Shown here: positions 8,502 through 18,478 of the stretch, piece after piece
How the letters are laid out: every line of letters begins with the position of its first letter
Position numbering within the stretch: the stretch's first letter is position 1
Source: a virus
Lineage: Duplodnaviria > Caudoviricetes
DNA: 64,000 nucleotides
Virus record (IMG/VR): IMGVR_UViG_3300022561_000008
Coordinates: 3,469-67,468 of that record
Direction: 5' to 3' (one strand)
Notes under the pieces: generated by a model
The model's input: the letters and a program-made list of their open reading frames with translations, nothing else
The model's database searches: none
Told to the model about the DNA's origin: nothing
Translations under genes and position numbers: made by a program

Positions 8502-10010
8502 TTAAATTGGCGGTAAATCATATTCCAGCTCTCTCTGCTTCGGCACGCTCGGCTTCACCAATGTCCGACCCATGCACTTATATGCCACAACCCTGCTAAA
8601 CTCTTCCTTGCTCATTGTTAATAACCCCTGAGAAGCCAACCGATCCCACTCACCAATCATAGGCATTAGATAGTAGGTGTAAGTCATTCCGTCCGATTTC
8701 CTATCCTTGGCAAAGTTCTTTTCTTTCAGCTTTTCTGCGAACTTCACATTCGAGAAGGCGTTATAACCAGAACTGCGGCAGTATTCCACATACTGCTTAT
8801 ACAGATCCTTTGCGGTTATTTGCATCGGGGCGTGGGTCTTGTAGACGGGGATGTTGTAGTACTCCTGATCCTCTATGAATTTGAGAATACTATTGCTGTT
8901 TATCTCATATTCAAGAACCCTATCTTTCACCTCGTTAGGCTCAGAAACCATATACCCATTTGCGGCAACGCGCTTATGGCCTTCAAGTACCCAATTGAGA
9001 ATACCCGGTAATTCTTGTTTTAGTTCTGTATGTAAATGTCGGTTTTGTTTTTCATCGGAGATGGTCACATTAAATGGAATAATTAAATATCTTGCAAAAT
9101 ACCCTTTGGTATAATCGCTGGTAGCTGGCAACTCATTACTATTAGAGATCATCAGTGGAATTGCTTTTGCCACAAATGGTTCCCTATAAATCTGCCTCGC
9201 TTGCATAGCCTCTCCTGAGATTAGTTTCTTAAATGTGGATCCTGCAAGTTCCTTTTTGCTTAGCTCGGAGCAATAATTTATAGTCTTACCGTTTACATCG
9301 GCTATATTTTTTTTCATGTCGCCGCCAGATACCAGATCATTTATTTCGAATGTAGATACATTATCCTCTCCTACCACTGATGTTATCACCTCGTAAACTA
9401 CGGATTTCCCATTCCTGCCTGTTCCTAACTGAACCATCATTTTCTCTATTTTGTAGATACTCCTATCGACAAACATCAACCCATAATATTCCTGCATTGC
9501 CGCTACTATCGCGGGATCGGGAAGAACTTCACCTAAAAATTTCATCCATTTTGGGCATGTAGCCTCTGGATTGTATTCGTAATTAATCCTGCTTATTACA
9601 AAATGCTCTGGAGAAAAATCGCTCGTCAACATTGTGTTTGTATCGAGAACACAATTAATAAAACAAAGCTTGCGCCTAGATACTTCAAAATTTCTTCGAC
9701 TAAGGTTTCTCCAGATGGTTTTACACATGGACTGAAACTCTTTGTTTAGTATTCCATCAGAAACTTGCAAGTATCTCATGGATGTAAATATCGCACTTTC
9801 CAGATCATCCTTATCGACAAGAATGTAGCTGCGGCCATCAAACCACACGCTGTTTCCGGCATACTTGTAGATATTTATCTTAGAGAGCGTATCGTAATAT
9901 AACATTGCTATACCGCCAACCTTCTCAACCTTAGCCTCCCTACACAGTATGTCTTTTAACCGTTCCCTGTCGATAGATGTTATTAGCTGATCACTAAGTC
10001 CATCTGTCAT
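8502..10010 (-). CDS. P4/D5-family SF3 helicase (primase/helicase C-terminal modules)
   Basis: Walker A GTGRNGKS, CSE Walker B, FKKLISGE, SNSNELP, R.LIIPF; C-terminal winged helix KDLYKQYVEYC. Confidence 0.9.
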   Translation of the reverse strand: MTDGLSDQLITSIDRERLKDILCREAKVEKVGGIAMLYYDTLSKINIYKYAGNSVWFDGRSYILVDKDDLESAIFTSMRYLQVSDGILNKEFQSMCKTIWRNLSRRNFEVSRRKLCFINCVLDTNTMLTSDFSPEHFVISRINYEYNPEATCPKWMKFLGEVLPDPAIVAAMQEYYGLMFVDRSIYKIEKMMVQLGTGRNGKSVVYEVITSVVGEDNVSTFEINDLVSGGDMKKNIADVNGKTINYCSELSKKELAGSTFKKLISGEAMQARQIYREPFVAKAIPLMISNSNELPATSDYTKGYFARYLIIPFNVTISDEKQNRHLHTELKQELPGILNWVLEGHKRVAANGYMVSEPNEVKDRVLEYEINSNSILKFIEDQEYYNIPVYKTHAPMQITAKDLYKQYVEYCRSSGYNAFSNVKFAEKLKEKNFAKDRKSDGMTYTYYLMPMIGEWDRLASQGLLTMSKEEFSRVVAYKCMGRTLVKPSVPKQRELEYDLPPI

Positions 10011-10019
10011 TGTATGGGA

Positions 10020-10223
10020 TTAAATTGGGCGGAAGAAGCTAATATTGAAAAAATTGAATTGCTCGGCTTTACCGTTTCTTACGTGAGAGTAGGGAGATCC
10101 GAGGCTATTGACCGAGAGATTAAGCATTTGCATATATCCCTTGCGAGTATAAAATACTTTCTTGTCGCAGATTATTGTATCTTCTGACGTCTGCTGAACC
10201 GTCTTATAATTTTGCTGTTCCAT
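10020..10223 (-). CDS. Hypothetical protein
   Basis: 67-aa ORF with upstream TATCTTTA-type box near 10267. Confidence 0.55.
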   Translation of the reverse strand: MEQQNYKTVQQTSEDTIICDKKVFYTRKGYMQMLNLSVNSLGSPYSHVRNGKAEQFNFFNISFFRPI

Positions 10224-10446
10224 ATTTCTAATGTTTTTTGGTGGCGCGTACGTTTTAATTGTGGCTGTAAAGATAATGCTTTTATTTAATATTCCTAATA
10301 AAACTTTTTATAAACTGATGGGGCTATAATCACAATCGGTTTCTTCTCTTTTCTTCCGCAAAATATGGATTGTGCATCTCTTTTATTTAAGATAAGCCTT
10401 ACTCGTTCTTTATCAGCCGCCATTATTTTGTCTATCTCTTCTTGGG

Positions 10447-10746
10447 TCATTTCGCCTCCTCCCTAACCATCTTCAGCAATATCCCATAGTTCACTAAGTC
10501 AATTATTGAATCGTCAATAGATTCATTGTTCGGCGTTTTGCTTCCATGTAAATTCCCGATCCTGACAGCTTTGGTCGCTATGAAAACCAGAAGAACTTGT
10601 TCAGGTGTGATCCCAACCATAGAAGCGACTATTTTGAAGTTGCTGAGGCGATCCTCATTTGCATAGTCATCTCCCTTGCTATCCTGTATTTTACTCAACT
10701 CGTCAAATATGAGAGATAATTGCGTTTGCTGTTCTGTTTTTGTCAT
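10447..10746 (-). CDS. Nucleotide-modification-associated domain 1 (Nmad1/DUF1599-like)
   Basis: KGDDYA..SNF..K..R..NESIDDSIIDLVNY pattern. Confidence 0.7.
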   Translation of the reverse strand: MTKTEQQTQLSLIFDELSKIQDSKGDDYANEDRLSNFKIVASMVGITPEQVLLVFIATKAVRIGNLHGSKTPNNESIDDSIIDLVNYGILLKMVREEAK

Positions 10747-11063
10747 TTGTAAAATCTTTTTAGTTCATCAATAGAATAAAATATCGGGAGCATTAATTCC
10801 TGCGCATACTTAACCTCCCCATCTGCGCCGGAAGATTCGCCACCGAGCCGGAGAACACAATCACATACGCTCACCCATTCCAGATCCAATTTAATCCAAT
10901 CGTGGTAATCCCTCGGATGGGCCATGTGCTGAAAGTGGCTATAAAGCGGCGCAAATGGTGCGAATCCGCCATTTATAAGCTCGTCAACTGTGTCGATTTG
11001 CAGTTTTACATTCACTGCGATGTCGCCTAAAGTATAAGGACTTGCTATGTATACCTTGATCAT
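10743..11063 (-). CDS. DUF4406/DUF1937-like (nucleoside deoxyribosyltransferase-like fold)
   Basis: VYIASPYT, CDCVLRLGGESSGADGEV..A motif. Confidence 0.8.
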   Translation of the reverse strand: MIKVYIASPYTLGDIAVNVKLQIDTVDELINGGFAPFAPLYSHFQHMAHPRDYHDWIKLDLEWVSVCDCVLRLGGESSGADGEVKYAQELMLPIFYSIDELKRFYK

Positions 11064-11407
11064 AATCTCTCCATTTTTTCTATGATTTCTATTCCTTTAA
11101 AGAAGTTGAAAAATTTCTCCTCGATCCCCCTAACTTCTAATCCGTTCCCGAAGATCAACCCCACATCGGTTCGCTTCCGTTCGACTATCCATCCTCCGTC
11201 ATCGCAGGAGCCGGTAGGTCTGCCGATGTTGGCGAAGTACTCGACTCTACGGACTATGTGCTCCGTTTCTGCAAGCTCCCATAAGCTTCGGTTCTTTTCT
11301 GGCGTGTGAATCCAGATGCGTTTCATCTCCTCTATTCGCTTTAGGCGGAGGAGGTCGGCTTTTGTTTTTTCAGTCATGTCGCCTCCAATCCTCCGGCTCA
11401 TCGCCAT
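11060..11407 (-). CDS. Hypothetical protein
   Basis: 115-aa ORF. Confidence 0.55.
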   Translation of the reverse strand: MAMSRRIGGDMTEKTKADLLRLKRIEEMKRIWIHTPEKNRSLWELAETEHIVRRVEYFANIGRPTGSCDDGGWIVERKRTDVGLIFGNGLEVRGIEEKFFNFFKGIEIIEKMERL

Positions 11408-11434
11408 AATCCGTTAAGTCCAGTTCCTCTTCCA

Positions 11435-11713
11435 TTATATGAATATTTTTAAGGCGACTTTCGAAAAAATAACACTCGGCATAGATGCATTATCTGAATA
11501 AATATCAGTAAATTCAATGTTTACATTGTTTATTTTAACCTCCTTGTGCGTGTTATGAAATGCGTCTAAAAGGTTCTTGATATCAAGTTCCAATTTATGC
11601 TTATCCTCTTTTATTTGTTTAGTATCCATGATAACTTTCCTCATCTTTAGTTTCCGGTATGAACTTTTCAATACTTCCTTCATATCCGCAGTAGTTGCAC
11701 CTACACTGGTCAT
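11435..11713 (-). CDS. Hypothetical protein (true start may be downstream, MDTKQ)
   Basis: ORF track; 5' part overlaps neighbour. Confidence 0.55.
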   Translation of the reverse strand: MTSVGATTADMKEVLKSSYRKLKMRKVIMDTKQIKEDKHKLELDIKNLLDAFHNTHKEVKINNVNIEFTDIYSDNASMPSVIFSKVALKIFI

Positions 11714-11858
11714 TCATCCTCGCAACATTAGTAGCCCCGCAGCCCTGTCTTGGGCAGGTGAGTACAAGCGAGGTATAGCCGTCATCATCTTCCGGCTGGT
11801 ATCCGGTTGTATTATAACTCATCTGTCGCCTCCTTCCAAATTGCATCTTCGCAGTCAT
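11619..11858 (-). CDS. Small Zn-ribbon protein
   Basis: CPRQGC...CNYC pairs. Confidence 0.55.
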   Translation of the reverse strand: MTAKMQFGRRRQMSYNTTGYQPEDDDGYTSLVLTCPRQGCGATNVARMNDQCRCNYCGYEGSIEKFIPETKDEESYHGY

Positions 11859-12015
11859 TGCCGGATTCTTTGGATAGTTTTCGGCAGAGTGCGTCCCTAA
11901 ATTCTATTACCTCGTCTGCTTCCGATAAAATGGCATAAGCGATACATCCATGACACGATCCTAACCCATGCTCTTCTGATTGTTTGTAACTGATTCCATT
12001 TTGTTCTGTTCTCAT
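11812..12015 (-). CDS. Small Cys-rich hypothetical protein
   Basis: Start reassigned to MRTEQ downstream of TATCTTTG at about 12040-12047; CHGC..C..C. Confidence 0.55.
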   Translation of the reverse strand: MRTEQNGISYKQSEEHGLGSCHGCIAYAILSEADEVIEFRDALCRKLSKESGNDCEDAIWKEATDEL

Positions 12016-12179
12016 CTCTTCTGTTGTTTTAGTATAATGCAAAGATAATACATTTATTTGGATTCGCAATAGGTTTGGCAATTATTTTTAGCAAAAGGGT
12101 ATTTATTTTTGTGTTGCGATTAACTGCTATGGTCGCCATTATTATGTTGTAAAGTTTCCGGAGTCTATCAGATAGATAG

Positions 12180-12383
12180 TTACCCACGCAAAATAACGAT
12201 ATTTCCTTTAAGTTTAAATTCATTCTGATCTTCCTGCTGATCGTTTAGTGTATCGAAATTTTGCAAGAAAACAGACTCTACGGCAGAAGACATACCAAAT
12301 TCATCACAATCAAAATCCTGCCAATAAACATGATTGTCTTGCGGCATCTTCTTTAATTTTGCGATAAGCTCTTTTACTTTCAT
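12180..12383 (-). CDS. Hypothetical protein
   Basis: MKVKELIAKLKKMPQD N-terminus common in phage proteins. Confidence 0.7.
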   Translation of the reverse strand: MKVKELIAKLKKMPQDNHVYWQDFDCDEFGMSSAVESVFLQNFDTLNDQQEDQNEFKLKGNIVILRG

Positions 12384-12791
12384 CTCTCTTATATTTTATC
12401 TGATTAATCCCACTTTAGCCAGCCATTCCCGTTCCTTTTCCTCCGACTCAAATTTAAGCCATATACGTTTATCCGCCACAGAATTGCAAGAATCAAAGCA
12501 GCCATCCTTCTCCGCGATCTCACACAGATGGCAGTAGTGCGAGTCGGATAGGCGGGAGAGGGTTAGTTTCATTTCTCCCCCTCCTTTTCGATTTGTTCCA
12601 ATTCGGTTATGAATGTGCGGTAACATTTCTCGCTGGCTTCAAGTTTCCACATCTGTTCGTCGGTTATTGGGCAGATATCTGAAATTTCCCTTAATTTTCT
12701 CCGATATTCTTCTATTAGCTCTCTCATCTCACTTTCTTTAATATTCGTGTATATCTCTGCATTTCTGTTTACCTACATTTTTCGTAAATTA

Positions 12792-13106
12792 CTACATCTT
12801 TTGCCACCTCACACCAGAAGCAACATGCCAAATATATTTCATCTGTGGTTTTTGCATTAGCCATCCTAAATCACCGCACCATACATCAATTTCCTTCCCT
12901 TCGCTAACACATTTCCACCCGCCAAAATGGTTCGGCTTGGCATCCATAGGTATTAACATACATGCTTTTTGCCATTCTCCGTATGGCACAATTACGTCAT
13001 AATCTCTTGATTCTGTATTATCTGGGTCTGCTCCACTTCCAACTATCCATGCGTCGTGTGCGTGAGTTAATGCTAATACTAATTTTGGTAATTTACTTGA
13101 CATCAC
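12792..13106 (-). CDS. Nucleotidyltransferase-like protein
   Basis: WIVGSG..SRDYDVIV..EIDVW resembles Pol-beta-like GS/DxD/D motif. Confidence 0.45.
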   Translation of the reverse strand: MMSSKLPKLVLALTHAHDAWIVGSGADPDNTESRDYDVIVPYGEWQKACMLIPMDAKPNHFGGWKCVSEGKEIDVWCGDLGWLMQKPQMKYIWHVASGVRWQKM

Positions 13107-13555
13107 TTTATTTTTCTCATTATTTTAGTTATTTTTTGCATCTCCGTTTTATCCCCATCTTTCAGGATTGCTTCGGCGCGGGTGATTCTGTCCCTCAGCT
13201 TCCCTGACGCCACAGTCTCTCCCGTGTATTCCAGATCCACCACCATCTTCTTGTGGCGATCCAGTTCCGACTGTAGCTCTCCAATTACTTTCGCTATAGA
13301 CATCCCTTCCTGTGTCTCGCCTCTTTTGGTGGTTAGGTTGCTTCTCCGGCAATCGAGTTTATCTCCGTTCTTGCAAAAGATTCGCACCCTCGGATCTTTC
13401 TTGCACAGGACATATTGTGGCAGAGTCCACCGCTTCCCATCAATCAGCGCATTCGGAAATTTATCCATCCCCCACTTATGCGTCGAGGCTCGTAAAAAGT
13501 CGCGGTCGTCGATGATGGCGCATGAGCCGTTGTTGAGTTCGAGGAGTTGGCTCAT
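13103..13555 (-). CDS. Degenerate HNH-endonuclease-derived protein with helical C-terminus
   Basis: LELNNGSCAIIDDRDF N-terminus; IFCKNGDKLDCRRSNL lacks the catalytic His of DH. Confidence 0.6.
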   Translation of the reverse strand: MSQLLELNNGSCAIIDDRDFLRASTHKWGMDKFPNALIDGKRWTLPQYVLCKKDPRVRIFCKNGDKLDCRRSNLTTKRGETQEGMSIAKVIGELQSELDRHKKMVVDLEYTGETVASGKLRDRITRAEAILKDGDKTEMQKITKIMRKIK

Positions 13556-14043
13556 GGCTTTCTGTAGAATATATACGTCTGACCATCAACCTTACGCCTC
13601 TTATATGCGCCCATCTTATCTAAGGCGTAAGCAAATTTAACCACCGACAATGGTGTTGACTTGGAATAATTTTTACAATAGTGGCAATAACCAAAATAAA
13701 GACCTTTAGAAACTTGGTCTACCGGCTTACTAAATTCCTCAGATTCAGACACTCTCAACCCAATCACCCCTAAATACTCACCAATATCTCCATATTTCGG
13801 AGCGTTTTCGACCTCTACTTCCACGATCTCTTTGACTTTCTTTTCCTTTTCTGGAACTCTGTACAAAATATAATCTGGCAGTTTAGATAAAGTCAGTAAC
13901 CGAGCAGCCATTTTATCAAAATCTTTTTCTCCGTACGGAGCATAGGTTCCAATCTTGTATCTTGCATTTTCCGCCTTCATCCCGTCTATTCCGGCTTGTA
14001 CCGATAGAACCTGTGCCAATTTTGTTGTGTTAAAAAACTTCAT
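13552..14043 (-). CDS. Hypothetical protein
   Basis: 163-aa ORF with its own promoter and structured leader. Confidence 0.7.
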   Translation of the reverse strand: MKFFNTTKLAQVLSVQAGIDGMKAENARYKIGTYAPYGEKDFDKMAARLLTLSKLPDYILYRVPEKEKKVKEIVEVEVENAPKYGDIGEYLGVIGLRVSESEEFSKPVDQVSKGLYFGYCHYCKNYSKSTPLSVVKFAYALDKMGAYKRRKVDGQTYIFYRKP

Positions 14044-14165
14044 TGTAAAATGTTTTAAATAACAAAGCCTCCCAAAGTTCTCCGGTAGTAGGCGGATACG
14101 CTTCAGAAGGCTTTAATTCAAATTTTCCTCTGGCTACTACTCCAGTTGTTGATTATTCAACGGTA

Positions 14166-14173
14166 CAAATATA
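14166..14173 (-). promoter_or_regulatory. Bacteroidota -7 box (TATATTTG)
   Basis: TAnnTTTG upstream of the structured leader of 13552..14043. Confidence 0.6.
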
Positions 14174-14201
14174 ATAAACTTTTCGGAATATCCTACTATT
14201 C

Positions 14202-14894
14202 CTACAAAAATTTATCTCCGTAAATTATATCCATACTCTTGCAAATATCTTCAATATTATCAGGAACCCCATCGGGATAAAATAGATCCGTAAAAATAAT
14301 CCAATTCTGCCTTTTATTTCTATACTTAAAAGGTCTGGACGCAACCCAAACTTGCATAGCCATCCGTATCCTTGCACTTGAAATTACAACATCCCTGTCC
14401 AAATATTCGCGAGGCACAAATTTTATTTCCTCATGCGCATCCAAATCCTTCTCCAGCTTCGGAAAATTAGTAACGGCACTCTCTCCCCTAAATTTTACGG
14501 CCATCCTGTCGTATTCCTTCGCAGCCCCCATCTCCGACTCCAGATACTTCGTGTATCGCCTTCCTTCGTGCTTGATATTCGCCGTCCACTGTCCAGTTGG
14601 CTTAAAATAACACACCCCCCTATATTGGCTCAAACGAGGCTCTTTTTTAAACGATACCTCCTTTTCGGTGGATACATCCACTTGCCTCACGATCCCAGCC
14701 GCAGCGTCACGCTCATCCATCTCTCTGATCGTATCCGTAACGCTTTTCTTTGGGCGGTTGGCTTCCGCATCCCTCTTGGCAATATCCTCGGCTCTTTTTC
14801 TTGCCATCATCTCATTAATAATCTCTGTGTCGCCTTTTATTGGCTCGTCATCAAAATCTACTTCCATTTTCTTAATTTTTATATGTACTCGCAA
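14202..14894 (-). CDS. AP2-domain DNA-binding protein
   Basis: SQYRGVC..WTANI..YL.SEMGAAKEYDRMAVKFRGE.A.TNF. Confidence 0.8.
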   Translation of the reverse strand: MRVHIKIKKMEVDFDDEPIKGDTEIINEMMARKRAEDIAKRDAEANRPKKSVTDTIREMDERDAAAGIVRQVDVSTEKEVSFKKEPRLSQYRGVCYFKPTGQWTANIKHEGRRYTKYLESEMGAAKEYDRMAVKFRGESAVTNFPKLEKDLDAHEEIKFVPREYLDRDVVISSARIRMAMQVWVASRPFKYRNKRQNWIIFTDLFYPDGVPDNIEDICKSMDIIYGDKFL

Positions 14895-15750
14895 AGGTAA
14901 CGTATTTTTTGATATATCCTAATATTTTGGCAAAAAACTTCAATTTTACCTATTTTCAACCGTAAAAATCTCTCGTTTTGGGTACATATTGGCTTTAAAA
15001 ATATTCGCGATGGGTAGATTTTTGGCGGTGTGCAGGTAGTGAATTGCTGCTTTTTGGTGGTTTTTAGGTTGTTTTGGTGGTTTAATTTATTGATTTACAT
15101 ATCGATGCTGTCGCTGTATTTAACATAGGAACCCTACACGCCTGAAACTCATTGATTATTAATACTTTTGTGATGATGTAGCTGATGTAGGCAGAATCGC
15201 CAACAGTTTTTATATGTAGGTACGGTACATATGCATTACATAGTACATAGGTACGTATCATATATATATATCTAATATATATCTTACAGTAACATCAGTT
15301 ACATTATTTAATACTAAAGCATTGATAATCAAATACGGTTAATGTAATGTAGTTGCATATTGTCAATACTTCGCAGCTTCATCAGCTACATTCACATACG
15401 AGAGAGGCATAATTCACAAATCACGAACACCAGAATCTATGTGGGTATAGTTTATTAAGGCAGAATTATTACTGCACACGATTTTGTGATTTAGTGTTAC
15501 TAATGGGAATCAGATAATTAAAAAATAAAAATTTTAAAAAATAAAATGAAAAATTTCTTATTAAACGGAAGGCGCGCTCTGCTAAAATTTTATAGGGGGG
15601 CGTACCCTCCAGCCAGTTCTCGTCCAGTACTGGCGTTAATTGCTTCGTGCATTAGTTGTTAGTAGCATATAATCACATTATATCTATAGATATAATATAA
15701 GTATGTATGTATTAGATAGTTAAGTGTGTGCAGGTGGGTAAATGCGTATT

Positions 15751-16233
15751 TTAAACGTTAAAATTGTTCTTATAATCACACGTTTCGCATCTTTGAGGAA
15801 GATAATAACGTATAGTCTCTGAGTCTTGTTTGGGTGCTTCCTTATTAAAGCCCTGTAATGTCGATAATTTGATTAATAGGTCGGCTTTTAATTTTGGTTC
15901 GTTAGTTGTACGTACAAGTGACGTAATAGCCTCTATTATGGCTTGTTTACTTAAAATGTCATTATCATTATGTTCAATACTTTCGCTTTCAGAGTCAATT
16001 ACAATCCTCTTGTTTTTTGTTAAATAGGCTTTTACTGATTTATTATTAATCCAATTGTTAGCCCTTTGTTGTAGTAAAGATTGATCAATATCTTTAGTAA
16101 TTCCTTTACATGCTTTGTATGCTTCGATTCTGTTTGCACTGTTAAATAAGTATGCATCTAAACAGATTAACTCTAAACTTGAAAGGTTTAAAATTAGATT
16201 ATCTTGCTCTTGTAACTCTTCGCCTGCCTGCAT
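15751..16233 (-). CDS. terS: Terminase small subunit
   Basis: N-terminal HTH (NRIEAYKAC..ANNWINNKSVKAYL), LSKQAIIEAI, KADLLIKLSTLQGF oligomerisation-type motif. Confidence 0.65.
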   Translation of the reverse strand: MQAGEELQEQDNLILNLSSLELICLDAYLFNSANRIEAYKACKGITKDIDQSLLQQRANNWINNKSVKAYLTKNKRIVIDSESESIEHNDNDILSKQAIIEAITSLVRTTNEPKLKADLLIKLSTLQGFNKEAPKQDSETIRYYLPQRCETCDYKNNFNV

Positions 16234-16509
16234 ACATTAAAAATAAGTAGGCAAAGATAGCAATAAAACTGATATAAGCAAATGGCCACAAAAGTAAAGG
16301 ACTAACACAAATAAACACCTTTTGTCATTAATGGAACTGATCTTTGTGAGTTGAGTATATATGTAATAATCTATATATGTATATACGTATGCAATATAAA
16401 CGTGTTATTAAACATGTAAAATAAACGGATAAATATTAGGAATATATAAGGGTATTATATATATTTGTGTTTAAAGTTATTCATTATTAACAATTTAATA
16501 CATAATATT

Positions 16510-16842
16510 ATGAAGGAATCAGAAGTTATTGAAGGCAATAAATTAATTGCAGAATTTATGGGGTGGAAATGTAGCAATAATGAAGATAGGTGGACGCAAC
16601 CAGATCACAGTAAAGTTACAGGACTTTACTTTCATGGTTCTTGGGACTGGCTTATTCCAGTTGTGGAAAAGATTGAAAATCTAAGAGAAATTAGAGATTT
16701 TGTGATTAGTTCCGTAGGATGTTCGATTCTTAGCCATGGATTTAAGTCATTCATATCATATGATGAATGCGATAGTAAAATATCTGCTGTATATAAATCT
16801 GTAGTTGAATTCATTAAATGGCACAACTCCCAAAATAAGTAA
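16510..16842 (+). CDS. Conserved hypothetical phage protein
   Basis: EGNKLIAEFMG..FHGSWDWLIPVVEKIE motif; start at ATG 16510 after TATATTTG at 16460. Confidence 0.75.
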   Translation: MKESEVIEGNKLIAEFMGWKCSNNEDRWTQPDHSKVTGLYFHGSWDWLIPVVEKIENLREIRDFVISSVGCSILSHGFKSFISYDECDSKISAVYKSVVEFIKWHNSQNK

Positions 16843-16849
16843 TCAAACT

Positions 16850-16880
16850 AAACCGGCCATAAAAATCCGGTTTTCTTTTG
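16850..16880 (+). terminator. Intrinsic terminator
   Basis: AAACCGG/CCGGTTT stem followed by TCTTTT. Confidence 0.55.
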
Positions 16881-17066
16881 CCCATATCTGAAATACTTAA
16901 CTACCTGATTATCAGCGACTAAAACGATCTCCGCCGAGTTGATCAATCTATCAGCTACAAAATAGAATGCGTATAATAAGCTTATATTGCAATTAAAGGG
17001 TATATGTGTAATGTATTGTATATGTGATGGTTAATAGTAATAGTATAAATGAAATATCTTTATTCT

Positions 17067-17122
17067 TTTAACATCTTTTAACTAAAATAATTAGGAATGA
17101 GATGATTTGCGTCGTATATTTG
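17067..17122 (+). promoter_or_regulatory. Early promoter with upstream TTTAAC-N4-TTTAAC repeat
   Basis: TATATTTG at 17115-17122; repeats at 17067 and 17077. Confidence 0.65.
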
Positions 17123-17167
17123 TAAGGTAATCAGATCAGTAATAACACAACATTAATACATAACATA

Positions 17168-17422
17168 ATGATAACAGCTTCACAACAATTGCAATTAGAC
17201 GGTTTTAATGCAGCAAAGGAAATTGCATTGAATATTAATAAGGGACAAAGTAGACGTGCACGCGTTAATAATATGGCCTGCAATTATACCGGATATAAAA
17301 ATGGCGAAGGTAGATGTTTTGTAATTGGCGACTCTGATTCAGACCTGCAAAACTGTACTATTGAAATAATGGGCAAACCTGCACGGGAAGTATTTGAAGG
17401 TTTTTCAATGATGAGTAAGTGA
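17168..17422 (+). CDS. Early hypothetical protein
   Basis: 84-aa ORF after promoter. Confidence 0.65.
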   Translation: MITASQQLQLDGFNAAKEIALNINKGQSRRARVNNMACNYTGYKNGEGRCFVIGDSDSDLQNCTIEIMGKPAREVFEGFSMMSK

Positions 17423-17470
17423 TATAAACCAACTGCACCGCCAGTATAAAACGGTTTAAAATTTAATAAA

Positions 17471-17701
17471 ATGGCAGATATAGACGATTGTAAAAATTTT
17501 ATTGCAATGCAGAAAAATTATCCTGACTGGAATACAATGGAAAATTTTATAATAGACCATAATAATAGTTGTGATACTGCATTATTATTAGTTTCTGCAA
17601 TGGAATTAGTTTGTTATGAATATTCAGACCAAATAAGTAGGGAAGAAAATCTAAGGTATTTAACATTTTTTAACTATTCAGATAGTATCAATCCGGAATA
17701 A
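17471..17701 (+). CDS. Early hypothetical protein
   Basis: 76-aa ORF. Confidence 0.6.
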   Translation: MADIDDCKNFIAMQKNYPDWNTMENFIIDHNNSCDTALLLVSAMELVCYEYSDQISREENLRYLTFFNYSDSINPE

Positions 17702-18269
17702 ATGTATTATATTTACAGAGTCAAAAGGAAATAACCTGAAAGACATAAAAACTTAACATAATGGAAACTTTAAAAAACATCATCATCAACATTGACAACG
17801 CACAAATAGGAACTAGCGAAGTAGTATTTATTATCGTAGTACTGGCAGTAATCGCGCTGAGCTGTTACTTTCTGCCTGACGCAAACAAGAAACAAACATC
17901 TAAAAAAGCATAATATCATGAGAAAGATACAAATACTAAAAGAACACGGAATTTCCGTAAAGTTTGAAGGCGACTCAACACTTGCTCTTGAAGTGTCTTA
18001 TAATCCAGATACGAACGAAGATTTTAGTAAATGGATTGACGTAACAAACTGGACAAATAAGCAGGTTTATGAATGGTTGGGATACTAATAAATAAAGAGA
18101 TGAAGACTGTATCTAATTTTTTCTGGCAGAATGCAAAAGTACTAATCACATTTTTCGGTAACGAAGCAAATTTTATTTATTCGTGCCAAAAACAAGCAAA
18201 GGATTATTATTCTGAAAGTAGCGTATTAGAGGCTGCAAAAAGGATCTTAACAGGATTAACAAATTAGCC

Positions 18270-18362
18270 ATGAAAAAACTATTATCATACCTAACCAAAA
18301 AACCCGCAACATTCACAGAAAAACGCGCAAAGGTTAAAAAGATGAAAGTTAATATATATTGA
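18270..18362 (+). CDS. Small basic peptide (paralog A)
   Basis: MKKLLSYLTKKPATFTEKRAKVKKMKVNIY*, read manually. Confidence 0.45.
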   Translation: MKKLLSYLTKKPATFTEKRAKVKKMKVNIY

Positions 18363-18478
18363 ACAGTTTAGTTCTGAGTATGACTATCAAATGAATCAGA
18401 ACAGAATAACAGAATTATGGTTAATAAATTACAGATTATTATAAATTAATCGCCTTAACGGGTACAAAACTAAAAGAG

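Noticed and set aside
11060-13555. Locally higher-GC ORFs as a distinct mobile element
   Set aside because: No transposase, terminal repeats or target duplication; consistent with ordinary phage mosaicism
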